This document shows, one piece after another, positions 27,584 to 35,544 of a stretch of DNA of 62,580 nucleotides. The stretch comes from a virus (Duplodnaviria > Heunggongvirae > Uroviricota > Caudoviricetes): positions 64,001 to 126,580 of IMG/VR virus record IMGVR_UViG_3300017963_002532, one strand, 5' to 3'. A model generated the notes under the pieces. It worked only from the letters and a program-made list of their open reading frames with translations, did not search any database and was not told the origin of the DNA. Made by a program: the position numbers and the translations under genes. Numbering within the stretch: position 1 is the stretch's first letter; each line of letters starts with the position of its first letter.

Positions 27584-28392
27584 TATGACTCGCCTTTACA
27601 TCTGTGTAGGGTGAAAGAGTTGGATAGTAATAGAGATGGAATCCCCTGCTGCTCGCCGCGATCGAAATACTCTACGTCGCCAGTCAAGCCGCCGGGACCC
27701 ACGTGATTCCAAAGAGCACCCAGGCGCTCGTAGGTATCGCGGCGCTGAATCCAGCTAGCGCCGACCGTGTGGAACATCCAGCCCCGAGTTGCGTGCCTGA
27801 ACGGCAGGGCATACTCGTCGTTAGTGAGTAGTCGGTCGGCAGAGATCGCCTGACAGAACGTATCGAACTTACCCCAATCGGGCTTATACATATCGTCCCA
27901 CCAACCGATGGGCATGATGTGACGCGAGCATGGCGCTCCATACGCCGCCTTAGATCCGTCCCACGACTCCATCGTATACAGGTGGTAGAATGCCGTCTGC
28001 TCGAAGTTGCCTTCGTCGTCAAGATTCTCATAAGGAAGAATCAACTTCATGGCGTCGCCGATAAAGCCACGACTGAAGATCTGGTCCGAGCCCGACCTGA
28101 ATACATACGTCGCCTGGGACATTTCGTATCCCAGGTTGAAGCAGTTGTAGAGGTTGAACACGAAGTGATGATGCGGATGCCCCTTGAACTCATGTTCCGC
28201 CGCCCTATAGATCACGTAGCGGATGCCGTGGTCTTCAGCATACTGGATGATGTCCGGCTCCGGGTCCCATAGAACGAGGTTGATTTCCATATTGTCGTAG
28301 CCCGCCCGATCCCGGACACACCTTACCCATTGATCGAGCAACTTTACGTTGCGTCCAATAACCGTGTAACAGGATACGAGCGGGTTGTTCAT
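27583..28392 (-). CDS. Probable GT-A glycosyltransferase
   Basis: LVSCYTVI, YVFRSGSDQIFS, GDVEYFDR, LHRC. Confidence 0.55.
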   Translation of the reverse strand: MNNPLVSCYTVIGRNVKLLDQWVRCVRDRAGYDNMEINLVLWDPEPDIIQYAEDHGIRYVIYRAAEHEFKGHPHHHFVFNLYNCFNLGYEMSQATYVFRSGSDQIFSRGFIGDAMKLILPYENLDDEGNFEQTAFYHLYTMESWDGSKAAYGAPCSRHIMPIGWWDDMYKPDWGKFDTFCQAISADRLLTNDEYALPFRHATRGWMFHTVGASWIQRRDTYERLGALWNHVGPGGLTGDVEYFDRGEQQGIPSLLLSNSFTLHRCKGES

Positions 28393-28394
28393 GA

Positions 28395-28652
28395 CTAATT
28401 CCCTGATGGCGGAGAAGCAGATGTGGTGATGTGAGTAATCTTACCATTGGCATCGACGTCAAACGTGAAGTTTACCGTCTTGCCGTCATCCCACTTACCA
28501 CGGATATACTTACCCTGCTCTACGATCTTCTCGTCCTTTGATTCACCGATTTGATCGTTGCCGTCTGCATCGGTGTAATAAATCTTTACGGTCCACCCCG
28601 TTAGGGTTGAACCAGTAACCGTTAGGCTACTAACGTCACTTTGGGTTGGCAT
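28395..28652 (-). CDS. Small hypothetical beta-rich protein
   Basis: 85-aa ORF filling the gap exactly. Confidence 0.45.
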   Translation of the reverse strand: MPTQSDVSSLTVTGSTLTGWTVKIYYTDADGNDQIGESKDEKIVEQGKYIRGKWDDGKTVNFTFDVDANGKITHITTSASPPSGN

Positions 28653-28653
28653 A

Positions 28654-29748
28654 CTATTCCCTCCAAGCCTGCCCTACCTGGTTACCCCATTCGTCGCGCT
28701 GTCCTGTGATTGTCATCACCCAAATTTGCGGGACCTTAGCCAAACAGTATGGCTGAGTATTGTCCCACTCGTCAAATTGTTTATCATGATAGAATGGATC
28801 ATGCCATCCATTAATAACCTTTAGAATATACGGCGCATCCTCGTCAAGTTGCGCGTGCATGAGTGCGTGTAGCCCTTGAGGAAAGACGCCGGTATAGCGA
28901 GCGATCGTAGTCAAATCCTCAGTATGGTTGAGATACTGCTCAGTCTTCTCTAGGTGAGACTCCACGCCCCTGTCTCCGTGCTTGGCTAACTCTTCCTCAT
29001 AGAACTTTGCCTTCGCCTTTTGCTCTTCTGGATCTTTGATGAAACCCAGGTGCCAGATATACATATCGTTCAGCACGAAACGATACGGCTGCACAGAGTC
29101 ATCGAAGTAACTACAGAACGCATTCGGATAGGACATCACGGGGTGAGCCCGGTAGTGCATTCCCTTGTAGTACTTAATGATTCGCTGGTGCTGAGGCTGA
29201 TGCTCCGGGTCCGCCTTCTTGATGTGCATCATATCCCGGTAGAAGTGGAGGAACAGCGGGACGAACTCGCGGGCTTGCGGGTAGATGTCGATCAACTCAC
29301 GCAGCCGGTGGATATCCTCGGGGCGGTAGAACTCATCAACGTCGTTTATGATCATCCAGTCGCCCTCATCGAGAAACCGTAGGAACGTGTTCTTGATCTC
29401 TTCCAGGTCCACAAATGGGCGGTCCTGCTGAATCAACTCCACCTTATCGTCGGGATCATTGTGCTCGATGAACTCAAGGATCTTCTCCACGGTGGCGTCA
29501 ACAGAGTGACCGTCTTCCGTGCGATTCGGACGAGCAATCGTCGCCCCCTCGATGACAAGGATCTTATCCACGGCGTCGTAGATCGACCCCATCGTGTACT
29601 GGATCAAGTGTTCTTCATTATGAGCCTGAATACACTGCACCAGCTTGGGGCGCATCTCTAACTCGTCCAGAATATGGTAAGAAGCCTTACTCTGCTCCTC
29701 TTCCTTAGCCTTCTGCTCTTCTGGAGTGAGTTCCTTTTCTTCACTCAT
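28654..29748 (-). CDS. GT2-like glycosyltransferase
   Basis: IQAHNEE, VIEG, WMIINDVDEFY, IWHLGF. Confidence 0.7.
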   Translation of the reverse strand: MSEEKELTPEEQKAKEEEQSKASYHILDELEMRPKLVQCIQAHNEEHLIQYTMGSIYDAVDKILVIEGATIARPNRTEDGHSVDATVEKILEFIEHNDPDDKVELIQQDRPFVDLEEIKNTFLRFLDEGDWMIINDVDEFYRPEDIHRLRELIDIYPQAREFVPLFLHFYRDMMHIKKADPEHQPQHQRIIKYYKGMHYRAHPVMSYPNAFCSYFDDSVQPYRFVLNDMYIWHLGFIKDPEEQKAKAKFYEEELAKHGDRGVESHLEKTEQYLNHTEDLTTIARYTGVFPQGLHALMHAQLDEDAPYILKVINGWHDPFYHDKQFDEWDNTQPYCLAKVPQIWVMTITGQRDEWGNQVGQAWRE

Positions 29749-30721
29749 ATGAACTTTCCTTAATCAGCTTCTCCCAACTCTCCTTGAACGCCTTCCTGCT
29801 GAAGTGCTGCTCCACAACCTTGCGGGAGGCAGAGCCGATCTTCTTCAACTGGTCAGGCGTTAGCTTGGATAGTCGGGCGGCTAGCTCGTTTGCGTCATTC
29901 ACGAAGATCATCGAGTTATCGTCGAATAGCTTCGTCAATGTAGGATTACGAACGGAAATCACGGGTAGACCGCGACCTGCTGCTTGTAACACAAGAAGCG
30001 GCAGGGGATCTGCCTCGTGGATGTTGATGAAGCCCGTGTGCCTCTCAAGTAGGGAGGCTTCCTCGACCTCCTGGGTTTCGTAATAGAGACAGCCGTTCCA
30101 GCCACGAACCTCGATCGGGAGATCCTTGCGGTCCCGGATATCCTTCCATAGCTCGGTCGGATTGAGGTCGATGTGATTGTACCACAGCAGCCACTTACTA
30201 CTCTTCGGTTTATACTTGCGATGCACCGCCGGAGCCCACTCCGGGATCACCACGCTGTCTTCATCTGTGTAGCCCCATGCCTCTTGTGCCTGGGCTGTCT
30301 TGAAGACAACGACGTCTACCTTCTCGTCCAGATCCTTCTTGAAACCCTCGATGTTATACTCGGGCTTCGGGAGGAAGTGCTCGACGTAGATCAGTGGGAA
30401 ACCCAGCGACTCTGCTACCATATGTAGCCTCTCAACATGCTGGTATCTATCATGCGCGATGGCAGCGTCAATATACCGATCGATTCCACGGATATCCATC
30501 AGAGCCTTCATGTTAGCTCGGTCGTTGGCATAGCGAGGATCGTAGTAGTATTGCAAGCCCGGGATCATCGGAGCCCAATGGAAGAAGTCCGCCTGCATCC
30601 CGTCTGCCATCATGAGTTGATACCGCTGGTTCCCATCCATCGTGAGAATGGATGGTCTCTCTTCACGCACGTTGGCTGTATTCACAATCCAAAAGATCTG
30701 TGCGCCGGAATCAGTACTCAT
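29741..30721 (-). CDS. GT-B glycosyltransferase (divergent)
   Basis: FINIHEADPLPLLVLQAAGRGLPVIS, SRKVVEQHFSRKAFKESW; likely start ATG 30721. Confidence 0.6.
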   Translation of the reverse strand: MSTDSGAQIFWIVNTANVREERPSILTMDGNQRYQLMMADGMQADFFHWAPMIPGLQYYYDPRYANDRANMKALMDIRGIDRYIDAAIAHDRYQHVERLHMVAESLGFPLIYVEHFLPKPEYNIEGFKKDLDEKVDVVVFKTAQAQEAWGYTDEDSVVIPEWAPAVHRKYKPKSSKWLLWYNHIDLNPTELWKDIRDRKDLPIEVRGWNGCLYYETQEVEEASLLERHTGFINIHEADPLPLLVLQAAGRGLPVISVRNPTLTKLFDDNSMIFVNDANELAARLSKLTPDQLKKIGSASRKVVEQHFSRKAFKESWEKLIKESSYE

Positions 30722-30725
30722 CCAC

Positions 30726-31856
30726 TTACTCCTTGAGTAGAGATTCAAGAATCTCTTTGAACATCGGTCCCACGTGCTCGTGGTCGAATCGGTCCAGCCC
30801 CGTCACCTTGCGCAGCTTACCCTCCTTGTGGTCTTCATAGGCAAGGCGCATCTGCTCGATCATAGAGTTCACAGACGGCTCCGCCCATTGCTCCTGGCTG
30901 GTGAAGAGATACGGAAGCGGGTGACGCATATCGTATACGGGCTCGATACTATGACGAACCTCGTAAATCTCGTCCCGCTTCAAGTATGCCTCGGGTCCAC
31001 CCCACAGAGGAGAGACGATGCCGTTGCCGAATGCCGCCGCCTCGAAGAGCGGGATTCCCCACCCCTCGCCGTTGCTTGCGTTGACGTAGACGTCCGCCGT
31101 CGCGTGAATACGATCGACCTGCTCCCGGCTGAGGATCTGTGAGATGACTACGAGCGGAGGACACTTGGGATACCTCATGCCATCGTTGACGTCATTCACA
31201 AAACTCATGATCTGCTCTTCCTCATTGGAGCGGGTCATCTGGTTAAAGTAACCCTTGAGGATAAGCAATACCTTTTCGCCGTCCTGGAACGCACCCGCGT
31301 ATGCACGCAGTAGCTTGTCGATCCCCTTCTTCTTCGAGATCTGCGAGACGTTGTAGAAGATGAGGGGCTTCTCGTCGTCGGTCAGCTTCTCACCGGCAAT
31401 ATCGTCAATGAGTTCGACCTCGCGGGAATACCTCTCCATCTCGAACGTATGTGGCACAACAAACACGGGCTTGTCGCAACCACCCTTCTTGATAGCCTCT
31501 GCGCTCATAGGGCAGAACGTAACCACCGCGTCCATACGGTTGAGAGACTCAGCCCATGCCTGGGGAATCTTGTCCGTCTCGGTAGCAATCATACCCACGT
31601 ACTTCGCCCGCTTGTCACCGTCCCGCACCGCCATCTCATTCGGAGTTAAGTGCTGGATGATGATATCAACATTGTCGGGCGAGCGCGTGAACAGCTTCCG
31701 CTCCCACGGCTCTAGCTGATGCTCGTGTCCGTCGTCGTACTTGACGTTACGAAGAACGAGGTCCACGCCAACCTTATTGAGCGCGGCAACGTAGTCCCGG
31801 GCTGCTGTAGAATAACCAGAGAAGCCCAGGTATGGACTAATGTATAGGACTTTCAC
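30726..31856 (-). CDS. GT4-family glycosyltransferase
   Basis: SGYSTAAR, ETDKIP, KKGIDKLLRAY, DVYVNASNGEGWGIPLFEAAAFG. Confidence 0.85.
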   Translation of the reverse strand: MKVLYISPYLGFSGYSTAARDYVAALNKVGVDLVLRNVKYDDGHEHQLEPWERKLFTRSPDNVDIIIQHLTPNEMAVRDGDKRAKYVGMIATETDKIPQAWAESLNRMDAVVTFCPMSAEAIKKGGCDKPVFVVPHTFEMERYSREVELIDDIAGEKLTDDEKPLIFYNVSQISKKKGIDKLLRAYAGAFQDGEKVLLILKGYFNQMTRSNEEEQIMSFVNDVNDGMRYPKCPPLVVISQILSREQVDRIHATADVYVNASNGEGWGIPLFEAAAFGNGIVSPLWGGPEAYLKRDEIYEVRHSIEPVYDMRHPLPYLFTSQEQWAEPSVNSMIEQMRLAYEDHKEGKLRKVTGLDRFDHEHVGPMFKEILESLLKE

Positions 31857-32047
31857 TTCTCTTCCTCTTCCTTTTTCTCTAACATTTTCTTCCAGGCTCT
31901 TTCTGGCACAGCACTCATAAACTTGTCTTCATCGGTGAGCAGAGATGTAGGAAGACTATGTTGAAATACATCAAAGCCGCCGTGGTGGTTCTTGAATATA
32001 CAAGTATGACCTGAATCAGATATCAGATTACCATCGACCCACTTCAT
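31853..32047 (-). CDS. Small hypothetical protein
   Basis: 64-aa ORF with RBS and GTGA overlap with the next gene. Confidence 0.45.
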   Translation of the reverse strand: MKWVDGNLISDSGHTCIFKNHHGGFDVFQHSLPTSLLTDEDKFMSAVPERAWKKMLEKKEEEEK

Positions 32048-32055
32048 GTTAGCCC

Positions 32056-33921
32056 TTACGACTTAATGATCATTGCCTGCACGCCGTCCTTCTTCTTCTC
32101 ATCAGCCTCCACGGTCTCACCACGGAAACGCTTCTGAGCCTCATTCAGACGCTTGGCAACCTCGTACTCTTGCATCCCTTGTTCAATGAAGAACTTGTAG
32201 ATGCCGTCGATCGTGTTCCTACCCTGTTGGAGAGTGGCGAGCCAGAACTGCTTACCCTGCTCGTCCACCGCACGCTTCAGGATATACTGATAGCACCAGT
32301 CGATGAACTCGGGGGCATTCATACCCGGCGGGGGCGGGTCCATACCCGGCTTGACCGGATTCTGCTCGGCTTCCCAACCCTCAGAGCGCGGCTTCTCGTC
32401 GATGTTGTCGAAGACGAACATCCAACGATCTACCATATCGCCCTCGGTGTAGTTGTCCATAACGCACTTACGCGCATCTTCACCCATCTGCTCGCGTAGC
32501 TCGTCGTTGCAGAGTAGCTCCTGCATCTTCTCAGCGCAGTCATTAATATCTGGTAGAGCACGCTTCTGAGAAGTCTCCGGCTCGTAATACCAACGGTCTA
32601 CCTCGATCGGCATTCCACCCAGGTGGACGGTGTATTCGTCCTTGTTGATATACGGGAAGTTCGGGATGCGCACCTTCTCCGTTAGGGCGGAGTAGTCCAG
32701 TGCCAGCACCGGGACGCCGCAAGCCTTCGCCTCGATGGGCGGGATTCCCTCACCCTCGGCGATTGAAAGCTGGACGTAGAGGTCGGCACAGTTGTAGATC
32801 TGCGCGAGAATATCACGACTCACACCACCATGAGTGTTCGGGCAAGACGCGGTGTGGCGTCCGCACTTCGCACACTGCACGCTGATCGTCTTGTTGCCGT
32901 TGATGGTCTCGACCGGCTTGTTAGCCAGCGCAACAGCCGGAGCGACAAAGATGTGATTGCACGCACGACACATGAACGTGTTGTACACGAATGCATGTAG
33001 GTCATGGCACGTATGCTCAACGCCGTAGTAGCCCTTCGAGATGCGCTCGATGTGCTTGGGATAGTTGTAGGACTGAGCGTTGTCAGGATAGCTCGTATGC
33101 AACCAGAGGATAGCCTTATCCACCCTGGCGTTGCCACGATATTTGTTCTTCATCTGCGCAAAGGCGTCGATCAGATCCGGGAACAGCTTACGCGCCTGAT
33201 TACGCATGGTGCTGAGGATCACGCCGCGATCTTCGATGCGGTCGTTGAAGACCTGATTGCCAACGATGACCGGCGTGTTGGAGCGAACCTGTAGCCACTC
33301 GCGCTTGAGTTCTTCCTTGTCCGCCCCCATAGGACGGAACGTGTCCACGTCGATCGGGGTGCGAAGTGGAACCTTGTGGAGACGAGACCGCTGCTTGCCC
33401 AGGACCGTGCTGTTACGAGCGAGAGTATCGATACCGAAATCGGTATAGCTCATCACGTAGTCGCACGACTCGTAGGTCTTGATCCAGTCTTCGTCCTGCG
33501 GGCAGGAGTCTACTGTCGGCATCCACAGCCACTTGAAGCAGCCGCGATACGGAGACCGCTTAATCCACTGGTCCATCCAGTGGTCCCTGTTGCAGACGAC
33601 AAAGTCCGGCTGGAAGTCGAGAACTACCTCGTCAAACTTCCAAGCGCCGAACTGGTTAATCAACTGCCCCTTGTCTTCCGGGAACGGGGAGGGGGTCATG
33701 TAGACGCGCTTCTCTTCCTCGTTCGTCGGCATACAGAAGTACTGCTTCCAGGGATTGGTATGACGACGCGGATCATTAGCATATCCATAGCTGCCGAACT
33801 CAGCGATCTCATACTTTCCTGTCGCGTACAGCCCCTTTAGCAACCGCTGATTGTATGTTGAGAAACCAGTAGCGAGAAAAGATGACTCGCTTACAATCAA
33901 TATTCTTTTTTTACGTTCCAT
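32056..33921 (-). CDS. GT4-family glycosyltransferase with zinc-ribbon insertion and C-terminal DUF4214-like helical domain
   Basis: TGFSTY, RNQARK, CRAC..CAKC, DLYVQLSIAEGEGIPPIEAKACG; C-terminal FIDWCYQYILKRAVDEQGKQFW. Confidence 0.8.
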   Translation of the reverse strand: MERKKRILIVSESSFLATGFSTYNQRLLKGLYATGKYEIAEFGSYGYANDPRRHTNPWKQYFCMPTNEEEKRVYMTPSPFPEDKGQLINQFGAWKFDEVVLDFQPDFVVCNRDHWMDQWIKRSPYRGCFKWLWMPTVDSCPQDEDWIKTYESCDYVMSYTDFGIDTLARNSTVLGKQRSRLHKVPLRTPIDVDTFRPMGADKEELKREWLQVRSNTPVIVGNQVFNDRIEDRGVILSTMRNQARKLFPDLIDAFAQMKNKYRGNARVDKAILWLHTSYPDNAQSYNYPKHIERISKGYYGVEHTCHDLHAFVYNTFMCRACNHIFVAPAVALANKPVETINGNKTISVQCAKCGRHTASCPNTHGGVSRDILAQIYNCADLYVQLSIAEGEGIPPIEAKACGVPVLALDYSALTEKVRIPNFPYINKDEYTVHLGGMPIEVDRWYYEPETSQKRALPDINDCAEKMQELLCNDELREQMGEDARKCVMDNYTEGDMVDRWMFVFDNIDEKPRSEGWEAEQNPVKPGMDPPPPGMNAPEFIDWCYQYILKRAVDEQGKQFWLATLQQGRNTIDGIYKFFIEQGMQEYEVAKRLNEAQKRFRGETVEADEKKKDGVQAMIIKS

Positions 33922-34555
33922 ACTGATCTAACTCCCACTTCCTTCGCAGATTGGGACGAATATTCTTAGGCATACTATCACACTTAGATCTATTTTCAAT
34001 AGGGTCTAGTGGCTGGCAATTCTCAATACACATCCCATTTTCTGGATTCTTCCATTTAGACAGGGGAATAATATGATCGATTTCAAATTTGATGCCATAA
34101 TCGTCCCATGTCCATTCTGGACTCCATGTCGGACGCAATTGCATTTCAGACATAAACTCTAGCGTACTACCTACCCCTAATAGAAGTAACGTACTTTTAT
34201 TCTTCTTCCGCCCGGTGGTGCGAAGCATTTTACCAATACGTCCGCGTAGATTTTTGATCAACCTATACCCAGGATCAGATCGCCTACGTTCTAAATCATA
34301 TTTGCGTTTACGAGTACGAATTACGTTAGAATTCTTCTCTCTGTATTTCTTCACGGTATTTTTCACGGCATCTGCATTATTCCAATAGTATTGGCGTTTC
34401 TGCCGTCGTAAACGTTCAGCATGTTTTTGTCGGTACTTATCCTGATATTGTTTACAACACAACTTACAAGAAGGATATATACCTCCCTTGTGAGCCTTGC
34501 TATTATGGAAGTCAGACTCCAACTTAACCTTACCGCATTTACTACAGGTCTTCAT
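33911..34555 (-). mobile_element. Free-standing HNH homing endonuclease-like gene
   Basis: N-terminal CSKC..CKLC, basic linker, WTWDDYG..FEIDHIIPLS..ENCQPL..ENRSK; AT-rich; likely start ATG 34555. Confidence 0.7.
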
Positions 34556-34559
34556 AATA

Positions 34560-34595
34560 CAAAGAAAGTGGGCGACAGCATACACCGCCGCCCAC
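34560..34595 (-). terminator. Intrinsic terminator downstream of ssb
   Basis: Minus strand GTGGGCGGCGG-TGTATG-CTGTCGCCCAC (11-bp stem with two G-U pairs) followed by TTTCTTTG, starting 8 nt after the ssb stop. Confidence 0.75.
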
Positions 34596-34603
34596 CGTGT
34601 TAC

Positions 34604-34978
34604 TTAAAACGGGACGTCATCATCGTCGGCTGGCTTTGCCTTCGGCGGTCCGCCCTTGGGCTCGATGAACTGGAAGCCCTCCATGTGGACGCGAATCCGG
34701 CTTCGCTTCTCACCATCCTTCTCCCACGTCTCCAGCTTCAGCCGACCCTCGACGTGAAGGCGATGCCCCTTCTTTACGCTGCCGTGGATTAGCTCTGCCT
34801 GAGCGCCCCACGCAACGATATCGACAAAGAGCGTCTCTTCCTGCTGCTCTCCGCCTTGGTTCTTCCAAACACGAGTGACCGCGAGACCGAAGTCGGTGAC
34901 CGACGTGCCACCAGTGGTCTTGCGGAGTTCCGGGTCACGAGTCAGGCGACCGAGTAGAATTACCTTGTTGTAGTTCAT
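34604..34978 (-). CDS. ssb: Single-stranded DNA-binding protein
   Basis: NKVILLGRLTRDPELR, FGLAV, FVDIVAWG, VEGRLKLETWE, acidic tail DDDDVPF. Confidence 0.95.
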   Translation of the reverse strand: MNYNKVILLGRLTRDPELRKTTGGTSVTDFGLAVTRVWKNQGGEQQEETLFVDIVAWGAQAELIHGSVKKGHRLHVEGRLKLETWEKDGEKRSRIRVHMEGFQFIEPKGGPPKAKPADDDDVPF

Positions 34979-35493
34979 TGACTTCTCTCCAATTGCGTAA
35001 CTAGAATAAACCTCTCGAAATTCAAGAGACTGACAAAATCGAACAGCACATCGTCCTTGCGAGCGGTATCGATATGCTGCACATCCAATTCTCTGTTATT
35101 GCGATACTCTCCCCATATACCACTAAGTGCGGCTTGGGCAGAGACAAACTCTTCAACATCGTCTTCGTTGATGACACATGGCGGCATGAATACGGGACCT
35201 GATAGGCGCACACCGTGTTCAGTGGTGTACTGGATATCAGTGCTGCCCATGATCCGACCGATGCCATGAATGATCTCATGTAGGAAGATCTCAGCCGCAA
35301 GATCAGTGATGGTGATAAACATATCCTTTTGCAGCAACAGAGACTCAAAGGAATTTTCAACCACGTAAAATCCTTCAAGTCCATTCTCATTGCCTCGCCA
35401 CTTAAGGCGGAGTTCACAGATTTCACCATCTTCAGAGCCGGAAACCGTGACCGATCCAGCGGTTAGGTTTATCTGAACTAATACAGATGCCAT
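34975..35493 (-). CDS. Hypothetical protein
   Basis: 172-aa ORF, ATGA overlap with ssb; contains HEIIH. Confidence 0.55.
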   Translation of the reverse strand: MASVLVQINLTAGSVTVSGSEDGEICELRLKWRGNENGLEGFYVVENSFESLLLQKDMFITITDLAAEIFLHEIIHGIGRIMGSTDIQYTTEHGVRLSGPVFMPPCVINEDDVEEFVSAQAALSGIWGEYRNNRELDVQHIDTARKDDVLFDFVSLLNFERFILVTQLERSQ

Positions 35494-35507
35494 ATGGATT
35501 CATCCCT

Positions 35508-35544
35508 CTATATATATTATGGCGTTTGCGCCTAAAAACTTTCA
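35508..35544 (-). promoter_or_regulatory. Putative phage promoter, copy 2
   Basis: Minus strand TGAAAG TTTTTAGGCGCAAAC GCCATAAT ATA TATAG, between dnaE and the 35493 gene. Confidence 0.65.

Larger units (their letters stand above)
6631..33921 (-). other. ~27-kb phage glycosylation island
   Basis: About 35 contiguous co-oriented genes dominated by glycosyltransferases and NDP-sugar or glycan-decorating enzymes. Confidence 0.85.

Noticed and set aside
34604-34978. Host assignment (e.g. PVC-group bacteria) from the look of SSB
   Set aside because: An impression only; it cannot be supported without a phylogeny or CRISPR-spacer match
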